From Opitutales bacterium (GTDB lineage: Bacteria; Verrucomicrobiota; Verrucomicrobiia; Opitutales; PNEW01), in the NCBI GenBank assembly GCA_965197745.1, contig CBDANS010000007.1:64001-128000 (forward strand): 64,000 nt of DNA, written 5' to 3'. The position numbers and the translations under genes are program-made. This document shows positions 47,077-57,925 of the stretch, one piece after another. The notes under the pieces were generated by a model, which was not told the DNA's origin, ran no database searches, and saw only the letters and a program-made list of their open reading frames with translations. Every line of letters starts with the position of its first letter. Position 1 is the first letter of the stretch.

Positions 47077-47868
47077 ATGACACCAGAAGGGTCCATTGAA
47101 AAGCGGGAGCAAGTGATTCGGGATGGGTACTGCGTCGTCGACGACATTTTAACGGAAGACTTTCTGGATGAACTGCGCGAAGAATCGGAGCGATTAATCG
47201 AAGCTCATGTCGAACCGGATGAAATGATCTATCAGGGGCAGCACGTGGGGGTACAAGGCAAAGATAATGCCGTCATTCATAAATTGCTGACCTGGGGTCC
47301 ATCAGGTCAGGCGCTCGAAGAACTGGGTTTTGGCGATTTCAAAAGTATGGGGAGTATCATCATTCTGACTAAAGACCCAAAAGCACCGGCGCTCTATTGG
47401 CACCAGGATTGGATGAAATGGGAAGATCCGCTCAGTTGTTCGCCCTGGCCGCAGACCCTATTTCTGAATTATTACTTAAGTGATACTTCACCTGAAAACG
47501 GCTGTTTAAAAGTGATCCCCGGCAGCCACCACCGGCGATTTGCACTGCACGACCAGCTCGTTCCGGCCCATGAACAGGGAGCCCGATTCGTTGATGAAGA
47601 TCATCCGATTATGTTTAGCGATCATTCGGATGAGGTAAACGTGTGCGTTTCAGCGGGATCCCTGGTTATGGCTGATGCCCGCTTATTGCATTCTGCCGGG
47701 AAAAATTTTACCGACCAGCGCAGAACCCTGATTCTAGCCTGGCACAGTCGAGCGGCCATCACCGCTCCGGATTATTGGGACCGCGACATCCCCGAGCCCC
47801 TTGCCAATCGGGATCCGGATCGGGAGTATCCCGTCTGTCGCATCCCCGGTGAATATCTTAAATACTAG
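47077..47868 (+). CDS. PhyH family dioxygenase
   Basis: WHQD, NGCLKVIPGSH and LLHSA..N..R motifs. Confidence 0.9.
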   Translation: MTPEGSIEKREQVIRDGYCVVDDILTEDFLDELREESERLIEAHVEPDEMIYQGQHVGVQGKDNAVIHKLLTWGPSGQALEELGFGDFKSMGSIIILTKDPKAPALYWHQDWMKWEDPLSCSPWPQTLFLNYYLSDTSPENGCLKVIPGSHHRRFALHDQLVPAHEQGARFVDEDHPIMFSDHSDEVNVCVSAGSLVMADARLLHSAGKNFTDQRRTLILAWHSRAAITAPDYWDRDIPEPLANRDPDREYPVCRIPGEYLKY

Positions 47869-47979
47869 GGAGTCACAGCTCGGCTAATGGACTTCAAGGC
47901 TGGATCAGGTTCCCTGTCGACGACATTGTTTGATAGATCATTCGACTTCGCTCATGACAAGTTAGCCCAGGAGTAGAGG

Positions 47980-48807
47980 ATGCACATCACTGACGCGCAA
48001 ATTGCCACCTTCAAAGAGCAGGGCTTTCTCATCATCGAAAACTTCCTCACCAGGGAAGAGAAGGAAGCGGCTCTCCATGGATTCTTCACCTTGTACTCCC
48101 CACCCTACGACCAATACGTAGCTAATGATCGACAGAATGACATGCCGAAACAGCAGCTCTTCCCTTGGGATCATTCCGGTCTTAACCACGTCACCATCCA
48201 CCCGGATCTGATCGACGCTGCCGAACGTGTCCTCGGCACCCGCGAGGTCCGTCTTTGTGAGGGGGGCCTCGGGATTAAATACGCCGGTGATGAATACACG
48301 ACCAAATTTCATATCGATTACAGCAACAATACGCTGGGGCCGATTCTCGATCCGGATGAATTTACGAACCTGCACTGCTTCTATTGTTTCGACGACGTCA
48401 AGCCGGGGATGGGACCAATCCGCATGGTGCCCAATGGTCGACCTGACGAGGAATTTGTTCCGATGATCGTCCCCGGCGGCTCGGTCTGTTTTTACAGCGT
48501 TTATACCCGGCACGCCGCCTCCGATTTCACCGCGCCACGGGGCGACCGCCCGGTCATGTGGGTCGGCTTTACGCGCAAAGACCGACCCTGGGATGGTGGA
48601 CGCACTTTTACTTATAAAAGCGGCGCTAGCTCCCAGGCGATGCTTCGTTTTATGATCGAAGCAACACCACGTCAACGCGAACTCCTGGGATTTCCACCGC
48701 CGGGAGATTCACTGTGGACCGAGTCTTTTATCGAAGGCATGGTGACACGCTATCCAGGCTTCGAGTCTGCGCCGTATTACGCAGCCCACAAAAATAGCAC
48801 GAGCTGA
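47980..48807 (+). CDS. PhyH family dioxygenase
   Basis: FKEQGF, HID and RHAA motifs; the overlapping minus-strand ORF is a shadow. Confidence 0.82.
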   Translation: MHITDAQIATFKEQGFLIIENFLTREEKEAALHGFFTLYSPPYDQYVANDRQNDMPKQQLFPWDHSGLNHVTIHPDLIDAAERVLGTREVRLCEGGLGIKYAGDEYTTKFHIDYSNNTLGPILDPDEFTNLHCFYCFDDVKPGMGPIRMVPNGRPDEEFVPMIVPGGSVCFYSVYTRHAASDFTAPRGDRPVMWVGFTRKDRPWDGGRTFTYKSGASSQAMLRFMIEATPRQRELLGFPPPGDSLWTESFIEGMVTRYPGFESAPYYAAHKNSTS

Positions 48808-48811
48808 AAGA

Positions 48812-49633
48812 TCAGTAGGGGCACTCTTCAAGCTTATCATGTGGCCAGACAATTTTCCTTCGTTCTGGGGTCAGCCGATTGAGAAGTTCCTTTGAAGGAC
48901 GGTAACCATGGCGAAAAAACCCCCAGGAGGGCCCGTAACGAAAGACGATATTGCGGCGTTCACCTTCTTTGGTACGTCTGGCAGAGCCGTGGCAAAGGGA
49001 GTCGACAAAAAGGAGTGCATCCCCCGCTTTCATATGTACTTCAATCGCTCCGGTTACGCCATCCACCGAGCCGCCCCTGGCAGTCATCCTTGATTTTTCA
49101 AATTCCGGATGACGGAAATTTGATTTGTGGCTACTCGGTATAACCATCGTTGCCCCATCGTTGGGACCGATGTCAGTAAGCGCCATCAGGATGTTAATCT
49201 GGCCGCAGTTAAACTCCTGGTTGTGGACATGAAACTGGCAGCGCTTGACCCACGGCACGGGGCCGGAGTGTAGACCTATAGATTCGCCCGGGCCCCTTAT
49301 ATTGGCAAAGTTTTCGTCGATAAAAAGAGGCCCATGTTGAGAGTCGAAAGAATTCTGACCGCCGACAAAAGTCTTCACGTGTTCAATCCAGGAAGGATTA
49401 TCGATGAGCCGTTCAAAAGGTTCACCTCCCTCATAAATCTGTTGCAGGTTGATCCCTTCCTTTGAGGATTGAAAAACATGCCCATGAACGTAACCGTGCC
49501 ATTCTCCCGGTTTAAGCTGGCACAGTTCGTCGAGAATCGCGTTCATTTCCTTCACCTGATCCTGTGCAATGGCTTGTTCCAGAATCAGATAACCGCGAAG
49601 ATCAAAGAGAAAAATGTCGTAATCCGAAATCAT
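48812..49633 (-). CDS. PhyH family dioxygenase
   Basis: FDLRGYL, LHSG, DGATMVIPSSH and HGSA motifs. Confidence 0.88.
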   Translation of the reverse strand: MISDYDIFLFDLRGYLILEQAIAQDQVKEMNAILDELCQLKPGEWHGYVHGHVFQSSKEGINLQQIYEGGEPFERLIDNPSWIEHVKTFVGGQNSFDSQHGPLFIDENFANIRGPGESIGLHSGPVPWVKRCQFHVHNQEFNCGQINILMALTDIGPNDGATMVIPSSHKSNFRHPEFEKSRMTARGGSVDGVTGAIEVHMKAGDALLFVDSLCHGSARRTKEGERRNIVFRYGPSWGFFRHGYRPSKELLNRLTPERRKIVWPHDKLEECPY

Positions 49634-49775
49634 GATGGCTTACCAGTAAGAAATCCTACATGTAATGGAAAAAGCACGGATGTCACCCCTTTTACACCTT
49701 GTAGTAATTCAAAATAATTCTTTCTTTTTTTAGCTTTTTGTTAATATTTGACGCTTTACTGGAAGGAGTATTGCT

Positions 49776-50084
49776 ATGTCGCAAGATGTCGCGGAAAAAA
49801 TAAAAGAGAATCCAAAATTTGAAACACTGGTAAGTAAACGAAATGCCTTCGCCTGGAAGCTGTCCATTATTATGCTCGTTATTTACTACACCTTTATACT
49901 ACTCATCGCCTTCAGTCCTCAAACCCTGGGAACACCGATCGGCAGCAAAGTCATGACACTGGGCATTCCGGTTGGGGTAGGTATCATCCTCATTGCGTTT
50001 GCACTGACCGGTATTTACGTGTACCGCGCCAATACAGAATTTGATGTCCTTACGAACGATATCAAAAAAGAATTAGAAGGATAA
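49776..50084 (+). CDS. yjcH: DUF485 inner membrane protein
   Basis: NPKF..LV.KR, GIPVGVG and YVYRAN.EFD motifs; directly upstream of actP. Confidence 0.85.
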   Translation: MSQDVAEKIKENPKFETLVSKRNAFAWKLSIIMLVIYYTFILLIAFSPQTLGTPIGSKVMTLGIPVGVGIILIAFALTGIYVYRANTEFDVLTNDIKKELEG

Positions 50085-50121
50085 AGGTATTCAAGAGGAC
50101 TTAAATATCGCGGCCATTGTC

Positions 50122-51660
50122 ATGTTCTTTGCCTTTGTGGGGGCAACACTGGGCATTACCTACTGGGCAGCGCGCCAGACAAAAACAGCAAAACATTTCT
50201 ATGCAGCTGGCGGGAATGTCACAGGATTACAAAACGGCCTGGCCATTGCCGGTGATTATATGTCTGCCGCTTCCTTCCTCGGCATTTCAGGACTCGTTTA
50301 CTTAAGTGGCTACGATGGCCTGATTTATTCTATTGGTTTTCTGGTTGGGTGGCCAATTATCTTATTCTTAATTGCTGAGCAGCTTCGCAACCTTGGCAAA
50401 TATACTTTTGCTGATGTCACATCCTACCGCCTAAGCCAAAAACCTATTCGAACACTGGCAGCGCTAGGCGGAATAGCGACTGTTATTCTCTACCTTATTG
50501 CCCAGATGGTGGGTTCAGGAAAACTTATCCAACTTTTATTTGGTCTGCCTTACGAAGCGGCGGTGATAATCGTGGGGACATTGATGGTCCTCTACGTCGC
50601 TTTTGGCGGTATGATTGCGACCACGTGGGTACAGATTATTAAAGCGGTGTTACTGTTATCCGGCGCAAGCTTTATTGCCCTGGCCGTGGCCTGGCACTTC
50701 GATTTCAATTTTGAACGTTTATTTCAGTCAGCGGTGGAGACTCATAAAAACGGTCTGGCTATTATGTCACCCGGGGGTCTGGTTTCTGACCCGGTATCTG
50801 CCATTTCCCTGGGAATCGCCCTGATGTTCGGCACGGCCGGCTTGCCCCACATCCTCATGCGCTTTTTTACTGTAGCCGATGCTAAACAGGCGCGCCGTTC
50901 GGTCTTCTTCGCCACCGGGTTTATCGGTTATTTTTATATTCTGACCTTTATCATTGGTTTCGGTGCTATTGTTATGGTCTCTGCCAATCCCGTCTATCTT
51001 GATGAGGGCATTATTAAAGGTGGCAACAATATGGCCGCTATCCACTTGAGTCACGCCGTGGGCGGCGACATATTTTTGGGTTTTATCTCCGCTGTCGCCT
51101 TTGCCACTATTCTGGCAGTCGTCTCAGGCCTGACTTTAGCGGGAGCGTCGGCCATTTCCCATGACCTTTATGCCAATGTCTTTAAAGAGGGAAATCACGA
51201 TGAGATGAAAGAGATGCGGGTGTCCAAAATAGCCACGGTAGTCCTGGGCATTATTGCGATTATGCTGGGTATAGCCTTTGAAAAACAGAATATTGCCTTT
51301 ATGGTTGGCCTCGCCTTCGCCATCGCGGCCAGTGCCAATTTCCCTATTCTTATTCTTTCCATGTATTGGAAAAAACTGACTACCCGTGGTGCGGTCATTG
51401 GGGGGACGATGGGCCTGGCATCTGCAGTGCTCCTCGTTATTCTCGGCCCTATTGTCTGGGTGCAGATTCTGGGCAATCCAGAACCCATCTTTCCCTACAA
51501 ATACCCGGCCCTGTTCTCGGTAACCGCAGCTTTTGCCGGCATCTGGTTTTTTTCCATAACGGATAGATCAAAACGTGCCAAGGCGGAGCAGAAAGCATTT
51601 AGTGCACAGTATGTTCGCGCTCAGACGGGTATTGGTGCTGAAGAGGCAAGCGGGCATTAA
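50122..51660 (+). CDS. actP: Cation/acetate symporter (SSS family), N-terminus apparently shortened
   Basis: [31 protein letters not shown] and AASANFP motifs. Confidence 0.9.
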   Translation: MFFAFVGATLGITYWAARQTKTAKHFYAAGGNVTGLQNGLAIAGDYMSAASFLGISGLVYLSGYDGLIYSIGFLVGWPIILFLIAEQLRNLGKYTFADVTSYRLSQKPIRTLAALGGIATVILYLIAQMVGSGKLIQLLFGLPYEAAVIIVGTLMVLYVAFGGMIATTWVQIIKAVLLLSGASFIALAVAWHFDFNFERLFQSAVETHKNGLAIMSPGGLVSDPVSAISLGIALMFGTAGLPHILMRFFTVADAKQARRSVFFATGFIGYFYILTFIIGFGAIVMVSANPVYLDEGIIKGGNNMAAIHLSHAVGGDIFLGFISAVAFATILAVVSGLTLAGASAISHDLYANVFKEGNHDEMKEMRVSKIATVVLGIIAIMLGIAFEKQNIAFMVGLAFAIAASANFPILILSMYWKKLTTRGAVIGGTMGLASAVLLVILGPIVWVQILGNPEPIFPYKYPALFSVTAAFAGIWFFSITDRSKRAKAEQKAFSAQYVRAQTGIGAEEASGH

Positions 51661-51663
51661 GCT

Positions 51664-52686
51664 ATGAGTGAACGTAAAATATCCTCACCTGAAAATATCG
51701 ATTTTGATACACCGGGAAGAAGAGATTATTTTGTTTCCTTTGATCACTACTCTTATTGGGCTTCGCACCTGGTTCCCCTAACGGTTTTGGTGGGTGCCGA
51801 TGCGAAACCCGGTAAAGGGGTAGTAGCCATAGGGTCCACTCATGGAAATGAATACGAAGGACCTGCGGCCATCAAGCATCTGGTCCATGATTTAAAAGCT
51901 GATCAGGTCAGCGGGCGTATCATTCTCATCCCCGTCCTCAACGTGGTTGCCTTTGATGCAGGGACCCGTGACACCCCCGATGATGGAGTCAACCTTAACC
52001 GGGCATTTCCGGGTGATGCCATGGGTTCCATCACAAATCGCTTAGCTGATTTTGTGACACGGTTTATATTTCCTCAGGTAGATGTGGTGATCGACATTCA
52101 TTCCGGCAACTCCTACTACCGGTTTTCTCCATTGACCGCTTTTCACCATGTGGAAGATGAAGGACAAAGGCGAGCCATGGAAAAAACGGCCCGTGACTTT
52201 GGTTGTCAGATCACCATGATTTATCATGACAAAGGTCCCGGGCTATTGACCAGCTATGCTGAACGATTGGGTAAAATATCGATCGGAACTGAACTTGGTT
52301 TCGGATGCTCGATTCAGGCTATCGGGGTATCCATGGCCAAACAGGGTATACTGACTGCGGCCATAAAGACAGGACAACTTAAAGGAGAAGCACCCGCGAA
52401 CGGTCACTTCCCATGGGAAGAGCAAATATTAGTTGAGACGACAGATCCCGCCTGTGACATTCTCGCCACGTATAATGGACATTACGAATCGATGGCGGAA
52501 TGCAATATATGGGTGGAGCAGGATCAGTTGCTGGGCTACTTGCATGATTTTGACAAAATAGACGACCTTCCCCTTGAAATAAGAGCCCGTCATGCCGGAA
52601 TATTTATTTGTCAGGCCTGGGGCGCGCGGGTTTTTCAGGGGCAGGTAATTGCCCAGGTGGGAAAGCAGGTTCCCTGGTTGGACTAA
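51664..52686 (+). CDS. Succinylglutamate desuccinylase/aspartoacylase family (DoeB-like) deacylase
   Basis: HGNEYEG, NLNRAFPG, DIHSG and TELG motifs. Confidence 0.88.
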   Translation: MSERKISSPENIDFDTPGRRDYFVSFDHYSYWASHLVPLTVLVGADAKPGKGVVAIGSTHGNEYEGPAAIKHLVHDLKADQVSGRIILIPVLNVVAFDAGTRDTPDDGVNLNRAFPGDAMGSITNRLADFVTRFIFPQVDVVIDIHSGNSYYRFSPLTAFHHVEDEGQRRAMEKTARDFGCQITMIYHDKGPGLLTSYAERLGKISIGTELGFGCSIQAIGVSMAKQGILTAAIKTGQLKGEAPANGHFPWEEQILVETTDPACDILATYNGHYESMAECNIWVEQDQLLGYLHDFDKIDDLPLEIRARHAGIFICQAWGARVFQGQVIAQVGKQVPWLD

Positions 52687-52702
52687 CGTCAAGGAATTTG
52701 GA

Positions 52703-53824
52703 ATGAAAATTACGGAAGTTAAATGTCAGATTCTTCGCATAAAAGAGGTGGAATCAAAAACGGCGGGCACCCAGGACACGGTGCTGGTGCGGATTCAAAC
52801 CGACGAAGGGATAGAAGGGATCGGCGAATGTGACGCGCAACCCGAAGTCTGCAAGGCGGTCATCGACGCGCCATTCAGCCATAACATTGCCTGTGGTCTG
52901 CGAAAACTTATAGTCGGTGAAGACCCTCTCGATGCGAATCACATTTGGGAAAAAATGTACCGGGGCAGTATGTACTACGGTCGTCGGGGGGTTGCCATTG
53001 CCACGATGGCCAGTATCGATATGGCACTGTGGGATATAAAGGGCAAAAAACTGGGTCAGCCTATCCATGAGCTTTTAGGCGGGAAAAAACACGACCAGAT
53101 CAAAGCTTATGCTTCAATTCTTTTTGGAAAGGACGGACCGGAAACGAAAGCCATTGGGCAGCGTTGGATCGACGTGGGTTATAGGGCGGTAAAGTTTGGT
53201 TGGGAACCCATGGGTGAAAGCGAAGCGGTGGACTTGGACCTCGTATCCGGCGCTAGAGAAGGATTGGGAGATGAAGCAGAACTGCTGGTGGACGCCGGTT
53301 GTGTTTGGGATGCTCCAACGGCTCTCAAGCGCGCCGAAAAATTCACCGATTACAATGTGGGCTGGTTAGAGGAACCCTTGAGCCAGGATGATCTGGAAGG
53401 TTACCAGTGGCTCAAAGAGCGATCGCCTCTACCCATTGCCGCAGGTGAGGGAGAATGTGGATGGTACGCTTATAAACCCTGGATAGAAAATCAGCTTTTG
53501 GACATCTACCAGGTGGATCTTGCGAGAAACGGGTTTACGGATGGGCTGAAGATAAGAAAACAAGTAGAGGAAAAAGGGGGAAAGCTCTGCAACCACTGTT
53601 ACAAGACCCCTATCAGCGTGGCCGCTGGCCTGCATTGGCTGAGCACGACAGACAGCGCGTTTTTATTTGAAGACTGTGTTGAAGACTCACCGCTCAGACA
53701 TGAGCTTACCCATGAAAAAATACAGGCTGTTGACGGCATGATCCACGTTCCCGATCGACCCGGATTAGGGGTTACGCTCAATGAAGATTTAATCCGCGAC
53801 CTGTTGGTCTCTGAATCGGTATAA
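52703..53824 (+). CDS. Mandelate racemase/rhamnonate dehydratase-like enolase
   Basis: ALWDIKGK, VKFGW, VDAG, WLEEP, AGE and NHC motifs; PGLGV. Confidence 0.9.
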   Translation: MKITEVKCQILRIKEVESKTAGTQDTVLVRIQTDEGIEGIGECDAQPEVCKAVIDAPFSHNIACGLRKLIVGEDPLDANHIWEKMYRGSMYYGRRGVAIATMASIDMALWDIKGKKLGQPIHELLGGKKHDQIKAYASILFGKDGPETKAIGQRWIDVGYRAVKFGWEPMGESEAVDLDLVSGAREGLGDEAELLVDAGCVWDAPTALKRAEKFTDYNVGWLEEPLSQDDLEGYQWLKERSPLPIAAGEGECGWYAYKPWIENQLLDIYQVDLARNGFTDGLKIRKQVEEKGGKLCNHCYKTPISVAAGLHWLSTTDSAFLFEDCVEDSPLRHELTHEKIQAVDGMIHVPDRPGLGVTLNEDLIRDLLVSESV

Positions 53825-53992
53825 ACCAGAGTTGAAATTCGAAGGTCGTTTGCGGATTTAAGAAATGAATAGCCACAAAATGCACAAAAAGGGTGGGCCA
53901 TGCGGAACCTGCCGGCCATAGTCCACTTGCGACGGCTGGTCGTGGGCGCTTAATTGAGTAATATTTATTTTTCTTATTTTATATAATAATCA

Positions 53993-54017
53993 CGGACGCG
54001 ACGGAGCGCGTCCCTCC
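53993..54017 (-). repeat. GGAG-type REP copy
   Basis: Exact 25-nt reverse complement of 41440-41464. Confidence 0.85.
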
Positions 54018-54104
54018 AATTCACTCGCAATGACAATAAAAGAATTCCTTATATATTTAATCTCTTTGTAAGAGATTAGAAAGTCGACGGAATGATTTCT
54101 TAAA

Positions 54105-54431
54105 TTACCAATGCGCTAAAATCTTTAGAAGATCGATCTTCAACTCATCGTCTGAGTTAGTATTTTCTTCTCTGTCAGCGTTTGAGAAAGTGGTATTAAA
54201 ATTCTGCTTCGGCTGTCCTATCCCTTCTGACAGCATCGCATCATTATAGACCAATGCATCCATTCCCACCACAGTCGATACTTTGGGGGCAGCAAGGTTC
54301 GAGGCTTCATTAATCTCTGCAAGATCTCCACCCGAGAAAGGCAAAAGAGGATTGTGCGCGGAAGTCTCAAAGGACCCTTCGCCAACCCTGGATTTGAAAT
54401 CTGGAAATCTGATTAACATTCTGGTAATCAT
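54105..54431 (-). CDS. Doubtful small ORF or gene remnant
   Basis: 108-aa ORF whose 5' end lies inside the duplicated sigma54 promoter block. Confidence 0.25.
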   Translation of the reverse strand: MITRMLIRFPDFKSRVGEGSFETSAHNPLLPFSGGDLAEINEASNLAAPKVSTVVGMDALVYNDAMLSEGIGQPKQNFNTTFSNADREENTNSDDELKIDLLKILAHW

Positions 54432-54500
54432 TATGCAGTAAGGATGCCAATATTTATAAAAAATTGTAAGTGTATGAATACTAATTAATTAAAAATTTAA
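54376..54500 (-). promoter_or_regulatory. Duplicated sigma54 promoter block, copy 1
   Basis: Minus strand TGGCATCCTTACTGCA (GG-N10-GC) at 54434-54449; the block is repeated at 58959-59085. Confidence 0.7.
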
Positions 54501-54609
54501 ACTGATAATACAATCAATCCTCATGGACATGATATGTTAGTAGCATACATAGAATGTAAGTCACAATATAAGCCGTAGTCTTATTGACCTGACTTGCTTC
54601 TATAGGTGC

Positions 54610-54886
54610 TTAACCTGCCAAGTTTTAGCTCTTCGTTCTGTTTCTTCTAATTGATTCTTGTTAGATTCGTTACCATACAGCAGCGATCGTATACCAATAA
54701 AAATCCTCAAAATTATCCTGCTCAACTCTTCGTCCCTTTTCATACATCACTCCAAGGTTGAAAAGGGTTTCAGCACCACTTTCTTCTGCTCGTGCTTTTA
54801 ATTCTGATAATTGGTCAGGTCATTCCTGGCACCCAATGCAGAGCTGACTAATAACAGGATAAAAAATTCGAAAGCACATTCTTCAT
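54610..54886 (-). pseudogene. Decayed Sel1-repeat protein gene
   Basis: Reads IKARAEESGAETLFNLGVMYEKGRRVEQDNFEDFYWYTIAA*, a Sel1-like consensus, with stops and frameshifts on both sides. Confidence 0.7.
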
Positions 54887-54956
54887 GATAGCAGTCGATT
54901 AGATCAGCCGACTTATTTATTGCTGTAAGTAATCAGCAAGATATGAATTTTTTCAT

Positions 54957-56854
54957 TTATTTAAACAAGTTTGGTAAAGTAGTGGTTAGTGGTGATACAT
55001 AAGTGATCAATAACACACCGACGAGCAGGACTAATAAAATAGGTATCACGGATCGGTAAACCTCAGGCAGAGGTTTATTAAAGCGATACGATGAAAGGAA
55101 TAGATTCATCCCTACTGGTGGCGTTAAATACCCAAGTTCCAAATTCGCTAAAAAGATGATGCCCAGGTGGATTGGATTAATGCCATAAGCCAGTCCCATG
55201 GGGATAATTAATGGCACTACAACGACAATGGCCGTGTAAATATCCATAAGGCACCCAACAATTAAAAGGAAAAAATTAAGCGCGAGTAAAAATGTCCATC
55301 GTGAATGAATGGTGTCCGTTACCCAATCAACGATACGCGGTGGAATCTCTTCAAGAACCATATAGTAGGTAAGCCCCATGGCAACACCGAGAATCAAAAG
55401 GACACCACCCACAACTAACCCACATTCTGTCATCACGCGAGGGACGTCTTTAAATAATTTCAAATCTCGGTAAATAAAGGTCTCCACAATAAACGCATAG
55501 AGCGCAGTCACGGCTGCTGATTCAACGGGAGTGGCATAACCGCTGAAGAACACGACCAACGCTACAATCGGCAGAATGAGCTCCCACTTAGCTACCCAAA
55601 TAGCACGGCGCGTCTTTCCCCAATCAAAATTTTGTAATTCAGCATCACCCTTCGAACCTTGTCGAATTCCCCACCAGGCTGTTAATATTACCAATAAAAC
55701 ACCGGGTCCTACACCCCCGAGAAACATTTGCCCAATAGTGACATTTTCGACGTTAATTAAACCTTGATTGGCTACAGCGGTAGAAGCGATGATGGCGTAT
55801 AGGATTAATGGCAAACACGGTGGGAATAGGAGCCCCAAAGAACCTGCTCCCGTTAGCAGTCCAATGGCATTCCTTTCCGAGTAACCGGCGGCAAACAAAA
55901 CGGGTAAAAGCAATCCGCCAAGAGCGAGAATTGTTACTCCCGAGGCACCCGTGAAGGTAGTAAAAAACGCACATAACAAGCAGTCAAAACTGCTGGCCCA
56001 CCACGAATCTGACTGAATAACGCTTGAAAAACGTTAATTAACCGTTTCGATGCACCTCCCTCTGCTAAAAACAATCCAGCTAAAGTAAAAAGAGGAATAG
56101 TTGGAAGAGATGGATTGGTCACAAGTGAATAATGTTTCAGTGATATCGATGCAACCGGTAATTGATCTCCCCAAAAAAAGATTAAAGCAGCCCCTCCAAT
56201 AGTTGTAAAAACGGGAGAGCCGAGAACGGTAGCCATAAACAATAGAATAAATAAGGGGACGACCATTTTCTCTGGGAATAGAGGTGACCATTTACCTATG
56301 CAGACAAACAAAGTAACAAGAAATAGCGCCAATCCACGGCCTTTAAAATATTCAGAAGCACCCCATATCAACCGAAGCGTTATGAGACCGAAGCCAAGGG
56401 GGAGAATAAATTGGATGGTCCATACCGGAATTCCATAGGCCAGTGTTTTACCACCCATTTTTTCAAACAGTAGAAACTGTATGCTGGCAACACACAGAAA
56501 AACACTAATTGTTGCGGCGACTGTATTGCTAAAAAATTGTGCAATTGTCTTTACTCGATCTTTAAAAAAATCGCTCAAGGTTGAGAGTGAGAGCAATCGA
56601 TTATTACGTGCAGCAATGGCTCCACCCAGCATACACACAATTAAAGTGAAATGTTGAATAAAGGAACTGGCACCCGAGATACCAGTGTGAAAAAATGTAC
56701 GTAAAAGTATACTTGCCAGTGGCAATACCACCAATACGGCCAAGGTTGCAGCAACTAAAGCATCCTCAATACTACATAATATTTTCTTCCAATTGTAGTT
56801 ATTCCTTGTGCGTAGATAATCTAGATCAGGAGCATCATTCGACTCGTCACTCAC
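54957..56854 (-). pseudogene. Fused TRAP DctQ-DctM permease split by a frameshift
   Basis: GGPAVLTA|LCAFFTTFTGASG junction near 55975-55985 needs +1 nt; DctM motifs TPVESAA and LTPPVGMNLF. Confidence 0.82.
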
Positions 56855-57903
56855 TATTTTGCTTCCTTATTTATAGTGCGGTATTCCTGTATCAATTGTA
56901 TAACCTCGTCAAAAATATCTGCAGAGACCATATTACCTCGAATCCTGGGGTAAAGCAATTTGGTGGCAGTCTCACGCCACTCTTCCTCAATTTTGGAAGA
57001 AACCGGATGAACAGTCAGTCCACGATTCTTCATTGCCGCCTCAGCATTAATACTCTCCTCTCTCCCTATAATTTTCATTTTCTTACCGGCATCTGCAGCA
57101 GCAATTTGAAGGGCTTCTTTTGTCACGTCTGGTATTTTATTCCAAGTATGACTCCTGATAACGACGGCACCGACTAAAGGTCCCCAATTTAACTCTAACA
57201 TGTGCGGTGCCAGATTGTCTATTTGTCCAGCCAGAGCATAAAAAGGGGGTGAGACAACTACATTAATTAATCCTGTCTGCAAACCCGGCATAATTTCTGA
57301 GGTTTCGAGTGGGACTGGATAGTAACCGGCTTGAATCATTACTTCAACCTGAGCCGGGTTACCCGCCCATACAAAAATCTTCATTTTTTTTAAATTATCA
57401 GGATAAATAACCGGTTGTTTGGAAAAATATCTAACCCAGCCAGCATCTACCCAGAACAAGAGTACGAATCCTTTAATTAAGAGACGTTTTTGTAACTCCG
57501 GCTGTAGCTTTTCAATGACATAATCAAGTTCATCTAGATCTCTGTATACCATGGGTATACTACTTAGACCGGCAATTCCCGGTTCAATATCCTCAAGACC
57601 GCGAACCGTGAGCAATGCAGAATGCAGTGATCCGACGCGCATCAGTCTAACCATATCAGATTCTCCCCCCTGGATACCGTCAGGGTAAATCACTAGTTTC
57701 ACTCCTCCACCGGGTGCCTCTCGCCATTTTTCACCCATTGCCAACAGTGTTTGATGATGACTGGAACCACGTGGAGCAATTGTCCCTAAGTTGATTCGTA
57801 TCTGTTTTGTCGCTGCCTCGATGTTATAGGCAGATAGAGAAACACTATAGATGCCAATTACTAATAGGCATTTTAAAAATTTTCCTCTGAGTAAAATCTT
57901 CAT
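56854..57903 (-). CDS. dctP: TRAP transporter substrate-binding protein (DctP/TatP-type)
   Basis: LGTIAPRGS, YPDGIQGGE and LQTGLI motifs; start MKILL. Confidence 0.85.
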   Translation of the reverse strand: MKILLRGKFLKCLLVIGIYSVSLSAYNIEAATKQIRINLGTIAPRGSSHHQTLLAMGEKWREAPGGGVKLVIYPDGIQGGESDMVRLMRVGSLHSALLTVRGLEDIEPGIAGLSSIPMVYRDLDELDYVIEKLQPELQKRLLIKGFVLLFWVDAGWVRYFSKQPVIYPDNLKKMKIFVWAGNPAQVEVMIQAGYYPVPLETSEIMPGLQTGLINVVVSPPFYALAGQIDNLAPHMLELNWGPLVGAVVIRSHTWNKIPDVTKEALQIAAADAGKKMKIIGREESINAEAAMKNRGLTVHPVSSKIEEEWRETATKLLYPRIRGNMVSADIFDEVIQLIQEYRTINKEAK

Positions 57904-57925
57904 ATCTTGAATCACTATAGATAAT

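Noticed and set aside
47962..48675. 237-aa minus-strand ORF
   Set aside because: Antisense shadow of the PhyH gene; the same applies to most short overlapping ORFs in the track (e.g. 9702-10271, 14262-14816, 56695-57177).
54826..54842. Additional sigma54 promoter TGGCACCCAATGC
   Set aside because: GG-GC spacing is 8 nt, not 10, and it lies inside the Sel1 remnant.
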